Assembly (NCBI GenBank): GCA_030747695.1
Contig: JASLKG010000004.1
Span: 6,534-70,533 of the forward strand
Reading direction: 5' to 3'
DNA: 64,000 nucleotides
Source: Candidatus Poseidoniaceae archaeon
Lineage (GTDB): Archaea > Thermoplasmatota > Poseidoniia > Poseidoniales > Poseidoniaceae
The position numbers were made by a program, and so were the translations under genes. Positions within the stretch are counted from its first letter, which is position 1, and every line of letters begins with the position of its first letter. Below, one piece after another: positions 1 to 9,251 of this stretch. The notes under the pieces were generated by a model. The model was not told the DNA's origin, searched no databases, and worked only from the letters and a program-made list of their open reading frames with translations.

Positions 1-1770
1 GATGATAGCGGCTTAACATGGGATGTAGGTCATTTAGCAGCAGGACAATCTATGAAATTATCACTTACAGGTACGATTAATGTTGATGGAATAAAGCCAG
101 TTAAGGCAGGTGTTGCTAGGGCCACTTACAAGGCTGATGCAACACTATCCACACTTTCATTCAGAGAGTTGGATGCATTCTGTCGTGGATTTGCATATAT
201 CAATTCAGTTGAATCTGAGAGACCAGATAATTGGGAATGTAAAACGATTTTCGAAAATCGTTCCTCGTTCACAGTTGATTTAGTCAAGTTACAAGTTAGG
301 ATGAAGGGTAGCGAGGATTTGTTGTTTGATATTAAAGATGTGCCAGACGACGTCCTTCCTGATTCACGTTGGGAATCTGATGTAGTAGATGTTGAATCCA
401 ATGGAAAACCAGATTTCACATGGGATTTGGGCTATACTGTGTTGCCAAGAGCTGTACATTCAACGGAAGGTAAAATTGAGTTACAGCAGTCAACTTTTGA
501 AGTGCTGGATGCTTCACTTGAGAAGAATTACAGCCGATTGATACTTCCATCATATAGAAGACATGAGTTAAGTGCAACTCTGACCTTGACCAATAATGGT
601 TCATCTGCAATCAATTTACTTCGATTGACTGATGATGTTCCTGGTGTATTTGATGCGGTAGCAGCTGAAGATATTTCTGTGAAAGTAGATGGTAAAGATC
701 TTCCTGCTGAGCAATTCAAGTCAGAAATTGCAACGGGGGTTACTATCGAAAAAGAAATGCGATCTCCAGATAGCGCTGGACACACATTGTCAATGACAAT
801 AGGGACAAAAGGACCAATAGATTTGGCACCTGGAAAGTCAATGACAGTTTCATACCCCTTAGTTGCACCAGATCCTAGTCCCGGAAATGAGGCTGTAGCT
901 GGTCCTGCAAGATGTGAATTTAGTGCTGAACGCTTCGGTCCAGTTTGCTCACGTGATTTGGATGAAGTACCAGTGCTCAAAGTAAGGCATCACCGCCGTA
1001 ATTTCTCTGCAGGAAAGTCAGTAATGCCTATGGGTGGAAAAGGCCGATATGAAGTTCTAATTTTGTTCGAGAATAATGGAGATACTGCATTGCAAGATGT
1101 TTGTATTAACGATATATTACCATCTAACTTTGACCTAAAAGATTGGTCAGTACGTGGTGCTGGACGTGAATTAAGAGATGATGTAACAATGGACACCGCA
1201 GATTCAGGTGATGGCGGAACTTCCAATTCTTGGTCTATACCAGTAGTGGAAAAGGGAGAAAGGCTTGAAGTTTCATTTGAGATTAAGGGAGAAGGTGAAG
1301 TGGATGCTGAAGTTCTCAATCAATTCCATGGAGTTACCTTTGGCGATGAGGTCGAAGATGATGAACCCCCGACTCCCTCTAAGGCAGCTGCGAAATCAAA
1401 TGATAGCGATGCTGAGCCAGGTGCAGGATACAAGTGGAGAGAGGATGTATTACTTCGAGTAATGTCTGCACATGGCATAGATGAATCACTTAGAGATGAT
1501 TTCGTTCGACATGCGGTTAAATTTGATGACGATGAAAATATGTATCTAAAGAAAGCTGAAATCGAGAATGCAGCAGCAGCATGGGGTTCTTCAGGCGATG
1601 AGTTAGATTCTGATGACGAATCAGATGCGACAGAAGAAGAAGTTGCTGAAGAAGAAGTTGCTGAAGAAAACTCTGAGGACAGTGAATCCGGATCTAAAGC
1701 ATGTGCGATTTGTGGAATCGATAATTCTGAAGATGCCAAGGAATGTAATTCCTGTGGTTTTGCTTTCTGA
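1..1770 (+). CDS. Hypothetical large protein (5' end outside window) with repeated beta-sandwich-like modules, an acidic C-terminal region and a terminal zinc ribbon
   Basis: Frame 1 is open from base 1 (DDSGLTWDVGHLAAGQS precedes the Met at 52), so the ORF probably starts upstream. Repeated segments such as LTNNGSSAINLLRLTDDVPG and LFENNGDTALQDVCINDILP look like CARDB/DUF11-type modules. The tail is EEEVAEEEVAEE followed by CAICG..CNSCG. No signal peptide or TM is visible in the part present. Confidence 0.6.
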   Translation, partial: DDSGLTWDVGHLAAGQSMKLSLTGTINVDGIKPVKAGVARATYKADATLSTLSFRELDAFCRGFAYINSVESERPDNWECKTIFENRSSFTVDLVKLQVRMKGSEDLLFDIKDVPDDVLPDSRWESDVVDVESNGKPDFTWDLGYTVLPRAVHSTEGKIELQQSTFEVLDASLEKNYSRLILPSYRRHELSATLTLTNNGSSAINLLRLTDDVPGVFDAVAAEDISVKVDGKDLPAEQFKSEIATGVTIEKEMRSPDSAGHTLSMTIGTKGPIDLAPGKSMTVSYPLVAPDPSPGNEAVAGPARCEFSAERFGPVCSRDLDEVPVLKVRHHRRNFSAGKSVMPMGGKGRYEVLILFENNGDTALQDVCINDILPSNFDLKDWSVRGAGRELRDDVTMDTADSGDGGTSNSWSIPVVEKGERLEVSFEIKGEGEVDAEVLNQFHGVTFGDEVEDDEPPTPSKAAAKSNDSDAEPGAGYKWREDVLLRVMSAHGIDESLRDDFVRHAVKFDDDENMYLKKAEIENAAAAWGSSGDELDSDDESDATEEEVAEEEVAEENSEDSESGSKACAICGIDNSEDAKECNSCGFAF

Positions 1771-2166
1771 TTAGAGAGGAAATTCCCATTTTGGCCATTG
1801 ATGAGCAGCAGTGTCGTTAGACACTAATATCAAAACAATGCGCGGAAAAGTTCGAAGAACTTCTTCTAGATTAGGAATCGCAGGGGGAACTACACCTATC
1901 CTCATGTCAACCACTAGCCATGCATCAGGATATTGCCTCAGCCATGCATCTAGTTCAGACATTATGCCTTCAGGTGGAACTCCCGTTCTTACACTAGCAA
2001 TATGTCCCCAATCACTGGGTATTGCTCTATCGGAATCTGAAAACAAAAATAATCTTGGCTTATTTTTCAACTTTTCAATGTATGTAATTGCATTAGGTTC
2101 AGTAACGACACATGGCGAGCCTCTCATGGGCATTGGTTGTGAATGCAGCCATACCTCGTCGGACAT
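1771..2166 (-). CDS. Hypothetical protein (131 aa)
   Basis: The ORF has a protein-like composition. The overlapping + strand ORF 1811..2224 is Ser/Cys-rich and looks like a shadow. I recognise no family motif. Confidence 0.45.
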   Translation of the reverse strand: MSDEVWLHSQPMPMRGSPCVVTEPNAITYIEKLKNKPRLFLFSDSDRAIPSDWGHIASVRTGVPPEGIMSELDAWLRQYPDAWLVVDMRIGVVPPAIPNLEEVLRTFPRIVLILVSNDTAAHQWPKWEFPL

Positions 2167-2262
2167 GCTCCGTCACAATTGTCTCCTATGTTTGAGTTCT
2201 TCGCTCAAATGTACTAATTTTTAGTGACAACGTTCAAGCGTTTGGTATGGTCCCAACAGGTC

Positions 2263-3153
2263 ATGAGCGGTCAGGGCACACCACCTCCTACTCCACCAGG
2301 TGGCTCGATGATGTTCATGCTATTGTTCATGATAGTGATGACATTCATGCTCATGAGTGGAGATATGCGTGCAACAATGGGTGCAGCTGCAGATCCCATA
2401 TTATCTCCATGGCTTCCAGAAGAAAAATATTTCATAATCACTGTTTGGATTATTGGATCAATTTCAATGTTTGTAAATACAGCACTTCGTAATGTATTCA
2501 TGGATCCTATTGACCAAGCACACATTGGTCATCGTCAAGGTCAGGTTAGAAAGATGCTAAATGAAGCACGTGTGGGCCGAGATCCAATATTAATGGAAAA
2601 AGCCCAACTCATGCAACAACATATGATGCCTGAGCAAATGAAAATTCAGATGGGTGCCATGAAGCCAATGATGTTCACTATGTTCTTTATCATAGCAATA
2701 TTTTCATGGATTGGTGCTATAGTTTCTGGATTTAAGGTTGATTATATTTCATTACCCTGGTTACCAGAATGGAACATGCTTGAAGATAGTTTTCTATTTT
2801 TCCCTGCATGGATCGCAGCATACATTTCAATGTCTGCACCATTAGGTAGAGTTGTAGATAGACATATCAAATTGATACGTTACAAGACTCATCCAATAGT
2901 TGCGTCAGGTGATTTGTTGAAGGAACCACTGCTATCCTTAGTTTCTTCACCAAAATCGTCACGTTCAGGTCAAGCTCATAATCGTAGAAAAAGGTCGCAA
3001 AGAAGCCGACAAGGCCCTAGAAAGAAATCTAATGAACGGGTAGAATCCAAATCACTCAAAACATCATTTTGCCCTGAGTGTGGTTGTTCAGATATAGAAA
3101 GGGATGGCCCGAATACAAATATCTGTCAAATATGCAGGCACCAATGGCGGTGA
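2263..3153 (+). CDS. DUF106 / EMC3-YidC-like archaeal membrane insertase with a basic C-terminal tail and zinc ribbon
   Basis: There are three hydrophobic segments and a Met/Gln-rich coiled region (MEKAQLMQQHMMPEQMKIQMGAMKPMMF) typical of the DUF106 family. The C-terminus is HNRRKRSQRSRQGPRKKS followed by CPECG..CQICRH. The start is placed at the first ATG (2263); the track uses GTG at 2224. Confidence 0.7.
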   Translation: MSGQGTPPPTPPGGSMMFMLLFMIVMTFMLMSGDMRATMGAAADPILSPWLPEEKYFIITVWIIGSISMFVNTALRNVFMDPIDQAHIGHRQGQVRKMLNEARVGRDPILMEKAQLMQQHMMPEQMKIQMGAMKPMMFTMFFIIAIFSWIGAIVSGFKVDYISLPWLPEWNMLEDSFLFFPAWIAAYISMSAPLGRVVDRHIKLIRYKTHPIVASGDLLKEPLLSLVSSPKSSRSGQAHNRRKRSQRSRQGPRKKSNERVESKSLKTSFCPECGCSDIERDGPNTNICQICRHQWR

Positions 3154-3697
3154 AATATTGGTTAGGATCACAATTTCTGGTCATCCTGGGAGTGGTACTA
3201 GTACTCTGGTTGAAGGATTGTCGAACCACTTTGATTGGTCATCAATTAATGGTGGTGAAATATTCAGGAAGGAAGCGGCAAAAAATGGAATGTCACTTTC
3301 AGATTTCGGAAAACTTTGTGCCACAGATGAATCAATTGATAAAAACCTAGACCATATTTTGAAGCAAGAAATAACAAGGGATAATGGGCCAGAAATTGTT
3401 GAGAGCCGTTTAAGCGGCTGGTGGGCTCATTTAGAAGATGTTAGTTGTATCAGAATGTGGCTTTCAGTGAATGAAATATCACGTGCAGAGAGAGTAGTCA
3501 GTAGAGAAGGTTGTTCAGTAGATGAGGCATTGGAAGTTAATCAAAAAAGAGTTGAAAGAGATCTGAAACGTTATGATAAGTTGTATGGTATTAATCCTGA
3601 GGATAGGTTACCATATACGCATGTAATTGAGGCTACAACACTCACTGCGGAGGAAATATTACTACAAGTTATTGATATAATGGAGGAATTATCATGA
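3104..3697 (+). CDS. cmk: Cytidylate kinase, archaeal type
   Basis: P-loop ITISGHPGSGTST, then GGEIFRKEAAKNGMSLSDFGKL, match archaeal CMP kinase. The true start may be TTG at 3158, just after the upstream stop. The gene lies immediately upstream of cbf5, a common archaeal arrangement. Confidence 0.8.
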   Translation: MARIQISVKYAGTNGGEILVRITISGHPGSGTSTLVEGLSNHFDWSSINGGEIFRKEAAKNGMSLSDFGKLCATDESIDKNLDHILKQEITRDNGPEIVESRLSGWWAHLEDVSCIRMWLSVNEISRAERVVSREGCSVDEALEVNQKRVERDLKRYDKLYGINPEDRLPYTHVIEATTLTAEEILLQVIDIMEELS

Positions 3698-4650
3698 TTA
3701 TTCTTGATGATGAAGCTAAAACCTCTTCGAAACATGGTTGCGCACCAGAAAATCGCACAATAGAACAATTACTGGATTCTGGATTTATATTGTTAGACAA
3801 GGCTCCTGGGCCTTCTTCTCATCAAATAAGTGCATGGGCAAGGGATATGATGGGGCTAGAAAAGTTAGGGCATGGGGGTACATTGGATCCTTTTGCAACA
3901 GGAGTTTTGCCGCTTCTTTCAGGTAAAGCTATGCGATTGACTGGGAGGATATTGACTCATGAAAAATCGTATTTAGCAATATTTAAATTTGGTATGGAAA
4001 TTGATAGGGCTACATTAGATGAGGTTATGGGGAAAATGACCGGCAAGGTATACAATGTCCCCCCTGAAATTTCTGCGGTTAGAGTGCAAGTAAGAACGAG
4101 AAAAATTTCTAAATTCGAGATATTAGATGTTGATGGAAAATTAGTATTAGCATTGATTGAATGTGAAGCTGGAACATATGTTCGTACAATGGCAAGAGAT
4201 CTTGGATTATTCCTTGACACCGCTGTAGAATTGAAAGAGTTACGGAGGCCTAGTTCTGGTGCCTTTGATTTATCGATGTCTGTGACAATGCAGCAATTAA
4301 CTGATGCATATTGGTTATGGAAAAATAATGATGATGAAAGTGCTTTGAGGAGAATTTTACACCCTGTTGAATCAATGCTGGATGATTTACCTAGGTTAGT
4401 TGTCAAGGACGGTGCTGCAGCGGCACTTTCACATGGGGCTCCACTAAATCGTCCCGGGGTTGTGAGTGTGCCAGAAGATCTTTCAATTGGTTCTGAAGTA
4501 TTACTTTGTACATTAAAGGGCGAAGCAGTTGCTATAGCGAAACTATCACAACATAGCAATATCATTCCAGAAATGACTCAAGGTGAAATAGCAAAGCCTC
4601 ACACTGTGCTGATGGTAGAGGATACTTATCCTCGGAGCTGGGGCAAGTGA
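3694..4650 (+). CDS. cbf5: H/ACA RNP tRNA/rRNA pseudouridine synthase Cbf5 (TruB family) with a PUA domain
   Basis: LLDKAPGPSSHQ and HGGTLDPFATGVLPL are TruB catalytic motifs. The C-terminal PUA-like region reads LPRLVVKDGAAAALSHGAPL. The start overlaps cmk by ATGA. Confidence 0.9.
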   Translation: MIILDDEAKTSSKHGCAPENRTIEQLLDSGFILLDKAPGPSSHQISAWARDMMGLEKLGHGGTLDPFATGVLPLLSGKAMRLTGRILTHEKSYLAIFKFGMEIDRATLDEVMGKMTGKVYNVPPEISAVRVQVRTRKISKFEILDVDGKLVLALIECEAGTYVRTMARDLGLFLDTAVELKELRRPSSGAFDLSMSVTMQQLTDAYWLWKNNDDESALRRILHPVESMLDDLPRLVVKDGAAAALSHGAPLNRPGVVSVPEDLSIGSEVLLCTLKGEAVAIAKLSQHSNIIPEMTQGEIAKPHTVLMVEDTYPRSWGK

Positions 4651-4853
4651 TACTCACGCCTCAACATATTCTTCGTAAACCCACTCATCGGTTTCGATTC
4701 TTAATTTCAATTCACTCATGTGTTCCACACTCTGCTCCGTCACTGTGTGAAGGGCCCCCCAGCCCATTCGAAGCATACTTTTCTTTCACGTTCAACATAT
4801 GAATGTTGACCCCATTTTGATGATTATCCGTCAAACGGACTCTATTTTTATTC

Positions 4854-7208
4854 TTATTCGATCTTCTTTATTTTTGATGGTGCAAAGAGCCCGAATAAGG
4901 CTATTATTAGTAATAATATTCCAGAAGCAACAATGTAAATTGAGGTGGTACCAATCATCTCAGAACTTTTTTCTTCAATAATTTCTTCGCTAGGAGATAT
5001 TGTTATTACGACAGAATCAACGTTATTGTTTTCATCAATTTCATCGATTTCATTACCTCGATCTAGTTCAATTTCAATAATCACACTATCATCATTTTCG
5101 GGAACTTGCCAGTCAAAGACAATTGAACCCAAATCTCCAGACATCAAATATTGAATATTACCACTACCTATTGTATTTCCATCTGCCCGGCACCTTATTC
5201 CAAATTGAGAAGCAGTTACTTCTCCTGAATTTCTAACCATTGTCTTGATCTGTATGATGTCACCAGCATGAACATTTTCTGGAATTCGAATTTCTTCAAT
5301 ATATAATTCAGCTAGTGATCTAACTTCTAAATCAATAATTCTAGTGACGCATGAAGTGCTATCACAAGCAGTAACCAATATTGATGTGAAACCTGGGGTA
5401 GGTGAATCTACAATTATCTGCCTCTCACTCATGTCGACAGTAGCCCAAGATCGATTTGTTGTAACTGTCAATTCACTTGCAAATGAATCAACATCGGATA
5501 ATTCGAAGTCAATTTCATGTTGTTTTCCTAATTCTACAGGTATTATCGATTGAAATTCAGCAAGTACGGGTAAATCGTCAACATTTGCAACAGTAAAGGT
5601 TGAAATCTCAGACCAATAATTCCCTGATGTATCACTTACAATTGTTGTCAATTGGGCGACTCCATTAGCTTCGGGTACCAGTTTGACTCGGATTTGTCCT
5701 TCTGTTAAATCCACTTCGATCAAATTGGGATTGTCATTGACAAATGAAACACTAAGGTCAGAATTGCTAGTTCTATCATCATAACAACTTGTCAACAAAG
5801 GCAGGATCAAACCTCCTCCATCTTCAGTAAGATCATGACTACCAATTATGCCACATTCAGGGTCCTCATCATATTCGATCAAATAACCTCCAGTGACTTC
5901 AATTTCATCAATTACTATTGATAGTGTACTCGCTTCTCCATTATTGCCCCAATTAAACCATGCTTTGATAATGATCTCCAATGTTGTCTCTGAAGGGCTC
6001 ATCACATGTCCTATTGGTATATCATAATCAAATGGGCCAATTTCCCATCCAGCATTGTTGGCCACAGTTATTCCATTTGCAACGACAGTCCATCTTGTAG
6101 AACTATCAATCATTCCAGAAGAATCACCTACAATGTCCCCTTGGATATTTATTGATGGGTCATTGATATCAATCCAGATTCTCGTTAGGCATGACTCATT
6201 TATATGCGCACGAATCTGTAAGTCTCCACTGACAATTGGGATTAAACCTTCATCAATATTGACCCATGCGCCTTGATTATCTAGGTATTCCAGAGAAATT
6301 GTTCCGTTTGCAGATTCCTGATCATAATGTATACGTCCAAATTGTTGTTGCGCAGGTTTATCCATGATTTCTGCAGTCCACAAGCCTCCACTAGATTCCA
6401 AACCACATGGAGCATGTGAAACTGATTCGAATGTGCCCTCGTTTAGATCCCAATCTAAAATCGGCCACTCGCTAACTATATGAGATGATTTAGCAGTAAC
6501 TCTTTCTGCACCATACCAAGGGGTTGTCATTGTAATCTTTAGTCCGACTGCATCAACACGTAATTGCGAATCATCTGTTGTTCCTTCTGAAACATAATCA
6601 AGATTGATTTCTAAATTTTCAAGTTCTCCCCAGGTCCAATTCTGGTCATCAAATATTTCTATAGACCAACCATTATTGAAGTAATATAATCCATTCTGGG
6701 TGTTTGACCATGTTTTAATTAAATCATGAAAACCAGAATTAATTATTGAAATTCTAACTTTATCTTGTTGTAATGCATCAGGAACTTCAAAATGAACAAC
6801 GAGCTCAACGGATTTTATTTGGTTGCCATCCCACGCATCTACTTGGAAACCACCCATCGTGATGTCTGGTCCAGATGACCATGTGTATGCTCCATCCGGA
6901 CTTCCGATAGTAGCATTAGAGTTTGTACTTGTAGATGAAGACCAAACCATTTGTTGCTCAATATGTTCAGGCAAGGGCATTTGTAAAGTTAATCTGTTAT
7001 CTGCAACGATCCCTGTTACATATTCAGCATCCTCTGGCTTTGTTTCTTCAGTGAATGCCAAATGTGTCTTTATCTCCCATAATTGGCTATCTGACATGTC
7101 ACCATTGGGAAAAAGGTCGACTGAACTGGTTGAGTGAACGCTCCTTGCATCAACATTTGTCATTGGCATCAATAATAACACTAGAACTAGTAACAAGGTG
7201 CGGCGCAT
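4854..7208 (-). CDS. Secreted, C-terminally anchored surface protein with a CARDB-like domain
   Basis: N-terminal signal peptide MRRTLLLVLVLLLMPMTNVDA. A C-terminal TM (IYIVASGILLLIIALFGLF) is followed by KIKKIE. The membrane-proximal module GDIIQIKTMVRNSGEVTAS...DWQVPENDD resembles CARDB. Composition is acidic and Asn/Ser/Thr-rich. Confidence 0.75.
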   Translation of the reverse strand: MRRTLLLVLVLLLMPMTNVDARSVHSTSSVDLFPNGDMSDSQLWEIKTHLAFTEETKPEDAEYVTGIVADNRLTLQMPLPEHIEQQMVWSSSTSTNSNATIGSPDGAYTWSSGPDITMGGFQVDAWDGNQIKSVELVVHFEVPDALQQDKVRISIINSGFHDLIKTWSNTQNGLYYFNNGWSIEIFDDQNWTWGELENLEINLDYVSEGTTDDSQLRVDAVGLKITMTTPWYGAERVTAKSSHIVSEWPILDWDLNEGTFESVSHAPCGLESSGGLWTAEIMDKPAQQQFGRIHYDQESANGTISLEYLDNQGAWVNIDEGLIPIVSGDLQIRAHINESCLTRIWIDINDPSINIQGDIVGDSSGMIDSSTRWTVVANGITVANNAGWEIGPFDYDIPIGHVMSPSETTLEIIIKAWFNWGNNGEASTLSIVIDEIEVTGGYLIEYDEDPECGIIGSHDLTEDGGGLILPLLTSCYDDRTSNSDLSVSFVNDNPNLIEVDLTEGQIRVKLVPEANGVAQLTTIVSDTSGNYWSEISTFTVANVDDLPVLAEFQSIIPVELGKQHEIDFELSDVDSFASELTVTTNRSWATVDMSERQIIVDSPTPGFTSILVTACDSTSCVTRIIDLEVRSLAELYIEEIRIPENVHAGDIIQIKTMVRNSGEVTASQFGIRCRADGNTIGSGNIQYLMSGDLGSIVFDWQVPENDDSVIIEIELDRGNEIDEIDENNNVDSVVITISPSEEIIEEKSSEMIGTTSIYIVASGILLLIIALFGLFAPSKIKKIE

Positions 7209-7312
7209 AGCGCCGCCTCAATGTCATGCAACTTCAATAGAGCGGTATGTAGCATCATTAAAATTGACGGAATAGGATAAATACGGTTTCGCGGTCGGCA
7301 AGTTTGACCGAT

Positions 7313-7385
7313 GGCTGTGATGGTGTAGCGGTTAGCACGGTAGGTTGTGGTCCTGCCAGCCCGGGTTCAATTCCCGGTCACGGCC
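7313..7385 (+). tRNA. tRNA-His (GUG) with genomically encoded G-1
   Basis: Hand-folded cloverleaf. Acceptor GCTGTGA/TCACGGC with an extra 5' G opposite discriminator C. D stem GTGT/GCAC. Anticodon stem GTAGG/CCTGC with loop TTGTGGT. T arm CCGGG-TTCAATT-CCCGG. No CCA is encoded. Confidence 0.9.
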
Positions 7386-7386
7386 C

Positions 7387-7392
7387 TTTTTT
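7387..7392 (+). terminator. Oligo-T tract directly after tRNA-His
   Basis: TTTTTT begins 2 nt after the discriminator base. Archaeal termination commonly occurs at oligo-T. Confidence 0.4.
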
Positions 7393-7406
7393 GTACGTAG
7401 CTATGT

Positions 7407-8600
7407 TCAATCGTTCAACACATCTGGGTTTTTTGCTAAATCTCGTGTGATATTTTTCTGATGAGATTCAATAGTTCCCCCTCCTATTTCTAGTAATTTG
7501 GAATCTCTCCAGAGTCTTTCTACGACATATTCTGCAACATAGCCATATCCACCCATTACTTGTATAGCAGCATCTGCAATTTCTTTTGCCGCTGTAGTTG
7601 CAAATAATTTGACACCATCGCTGTCTAATCGATGTCCTGAATTGTTCAGTCCCATGTTTGATGCGGTGTCATAAATGTAGGATCTCATCGCCCGATATTT
7701 TGCCCATGATTCACCAATATAGCGCTGTATTTGGCCAAAATCTCGAATGCTACGCCCAAATGCACCTCTTTCTGTTGCATAACGATTCATTTCATCCAGA
7801 GATCTTCGTGCAATTCCAAGAGACATAGCTGCTAGTGTCAATCTTTCCAATTCTAGATTTTTCATCATGTGTATTAGTGAATCTCCTACTTCACCAACGA
7901 GATTTTCTCCAGGAACTATACAATCTTCGAATACAAGTTCGGCAGTATTTGAGGCACGCATCCCTGTTTTATCAACAATTTTCTGTCCTACAGTATAACC
8001 GTCCATTCCCTTTTCGACAAGGAATGTTGAAATTTCAGCCTTATTTTTTTCATTCACGCCAGTTTTGGCATAAACCCATACTACATCAGCCGGAGTACCT
8101 TTATCATCAATACATCCGTTCGTAATCCACATCTTTCGCCCGTTAATTACCCATGAACCATTGTCAAGCTTTTTCGCAGTGGTTGAAAGACCCAATACGT
8201 CTGTTCCTACGTCCGGTTCGCTCATGGCCATTGCTCCAATCCATTCTCCAGAGCACATATTTGGTAGTATTCTGGAACGTTGTTCATGATTCCCATTTTG
8301 CTCGAGATTATTGACGAATAACATTGAATGTGCCAGATATGCTAACGCAAAACCGGGATCACTTGCAGCAAGTTCTTCGTGTATTATTACACACGCTATT
8401 GCATCTAAGCCAGCACCTCCAAATTCTTCACTAGCAGTGAGTCCCAGCAGCCCCATTTCTCCCATTGATCGTAGCAAATCAAGATTGAATTTTTCATCCC
8501 TATCATGCTTAAGGGCTTGTGGTTCAACTTGCTCAATAACGAAGTCACGAATCATCTCTCTAAGCATCAAATGCTCATCGCTAGGATTGGCTATATCCAT
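7407..8600 (-). CDS. Acyl-CoA dehydrogenase (short/branched-chain type)
   Basis: Full-length ACAD pattern: GGAGLD, SEPDVGTDV, KMWITNG, and a C-terminal GGYGYV..ERLWRDSKLLEIGGGT. Confidence 0.9.
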   Translation of the reverse strand: MDIANPSDEHLMLREMIRDFVIEQVEPQALKHDRDEKFNLDLLRSMGEMGLLGLTASEEFGGAGLDAIACVIIHEELAASDPGFALAYLAHSMLFVNNLEQNGNHEQRSRILPNMCSGEWIGAMAMSEPDVGTDVLGLSTTAKKLDNGSWVINGRKMWITNGCIDDKGTPADVVWVYAKTGVNEKNKAEISTFLVEKGMDGYTVGQKIVDKTGMRASNTAELVFEDCIVPGENLVGEVGDSLIHMMKNLELERLTLAAMSLGIARRSLDEMNRYATERGAFGRSIRDFGQIQRYIGESWAKYRAMRSYIYDTASNMGLNNSGHRLDSDGVKLFATTAAKEIADAAIQVMGGYGYVAEYVVERLWRDSKLLEIGGGTIESHQKNITRDLAKNPDVLND

Positions 8601-8647
8601 GTTAGACCCATATACCGGGTGGGGGTCTTACTTTTTTGTGTTCGGTT

Positions 8648-9061
8648 TCAAAGAGCGATTTTCCTAGCACGTTTTCTTGGTTCATATTCTTGGCCTAATG
8701 CCGGGCGATTTTGTGCAGAACTTACTGCACGTCTGACCTTTACCTTCCGTTCTCTTCTCGCGATTTTCTTTGCGCGCTTACCTACGTGTTTCAAATGCCC
8801 CTCGTTTATTTCAGGTAGCGCAGGCAAATGTGTATTTATTCCTGCTTTGGCTAATACATCCTTCGCCATACCTTGGGGGGAGACTACCATAGCCTCCTCA
8901 ACGATTCGAGATGCGACATGCTTCAATGAATCTCCATTGTGTACAATTGGAGCATTAGAAATATCAACCATTACATGTTGTTGAATTCCTAGTTGCTCTT
9001 CCATTAATGATACGAGAAAATTTTTCGTTAAATCATCCTGCTTTCGCTCCGCCATATGCAT
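8648..9061 (-). CDS. Hypothetical protein with a strongly basic C-terminal tail
   Basis: Protein-like ORF. The tail reads KHVGKRAKKIARRERKVKVRR...PRKRARK. The antisense ORF 8505..8984 is Cys/Phe-rich and judged a shadow. No family recognised. Confidence 0.5.
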   Translation of the reverse strand: MHMAERKQDDLTKNFLVSLMEEQLGIQQHVMVDISNAPIVHNGDSLKHVASRIVEEAMVVSPQGMAKDVLAKAGINTHLPALPEINEGHLKHVGKRAKKIARRERKVKVRRAVSSAQNRPALGQEYEPRKRARKIAL

Positions 9062-9143
9062 CCCATCCGAATATCAGGGACACTGATTCAGTTATGAACA
9101 TTCGGTGTCTAAACCAAGTCAATATGACGTTTTGAATGATTTT

Positions 9144-9149
9144 AAAAAA
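9144..9149 (-). terminator. Oligo-T tract downstream of tRNA-Gln
   Basis: On the minus strand TTTTTT lies about 10 nt after the tRNA 3' end. Confidence 0.4.
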
Positions 9150-9159
9150 TTACCATCAG

Positions 9160-9232
9160 TAGTCCCGCCCGGATTCGAACCAGGGTCCCCGGGACCAAAA
9201 CCCGAGATGATGGACCACTACACTACGGGACT
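9160..9232 (-). tRNA. tRNA-Gln (UUG)
   Basis: The reverse complement folds as follows. Acceptor AGTCCCG/CGGGACT with discriminator A. Anticodon stem TCGGG/CCCGG with loop TTTTGGT. T arm CCTGG-TTCGAAT-CCGGG. The 5' AGUCCCG start is typical of archaeal tRNA-Gln. Confidence 0.9.
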
Positions 9233-9251
9233 CTAAACCGCCGAGACAGGT

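Noticed and set aside
4654-4776. Minus-strand 40-codon ORF (MLRMGWGALHTVTEQSVEHMSELKLRIETDEWVYEEYVEA) in the 203-nt gap between cbf5 and the 784-aa surface protein gene. A TGATGA box on the + strand near 4818 hints at a C/D sRNA.
   Set aside because: The ORF is too short to evaluate without comparative data. I found no matching D box (CTGA) or terminal stem for a C/D RNA. The gap may simply hold two convergent 3' ends.
8505-8984. 159-aa + strand ORF overlapping the 137-aa minus-strand ORF.
   Set aside because: Its composition (many Cys, Phe and Ile) is not protein-like, and its start overlaps the ACAD 5' end. The minus-strand ORF was preferred, but with modest confidence.
7209-9232. tRNA-His and tRNA-Gln flanking a 2-kb segment, as a possible integrated element.
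   Set aside because: There is no integrase and no direct repeat of a tRNA 3' end. The enclosed genes (ACAD and a small ORF) look like ordinary chromosomal genes.
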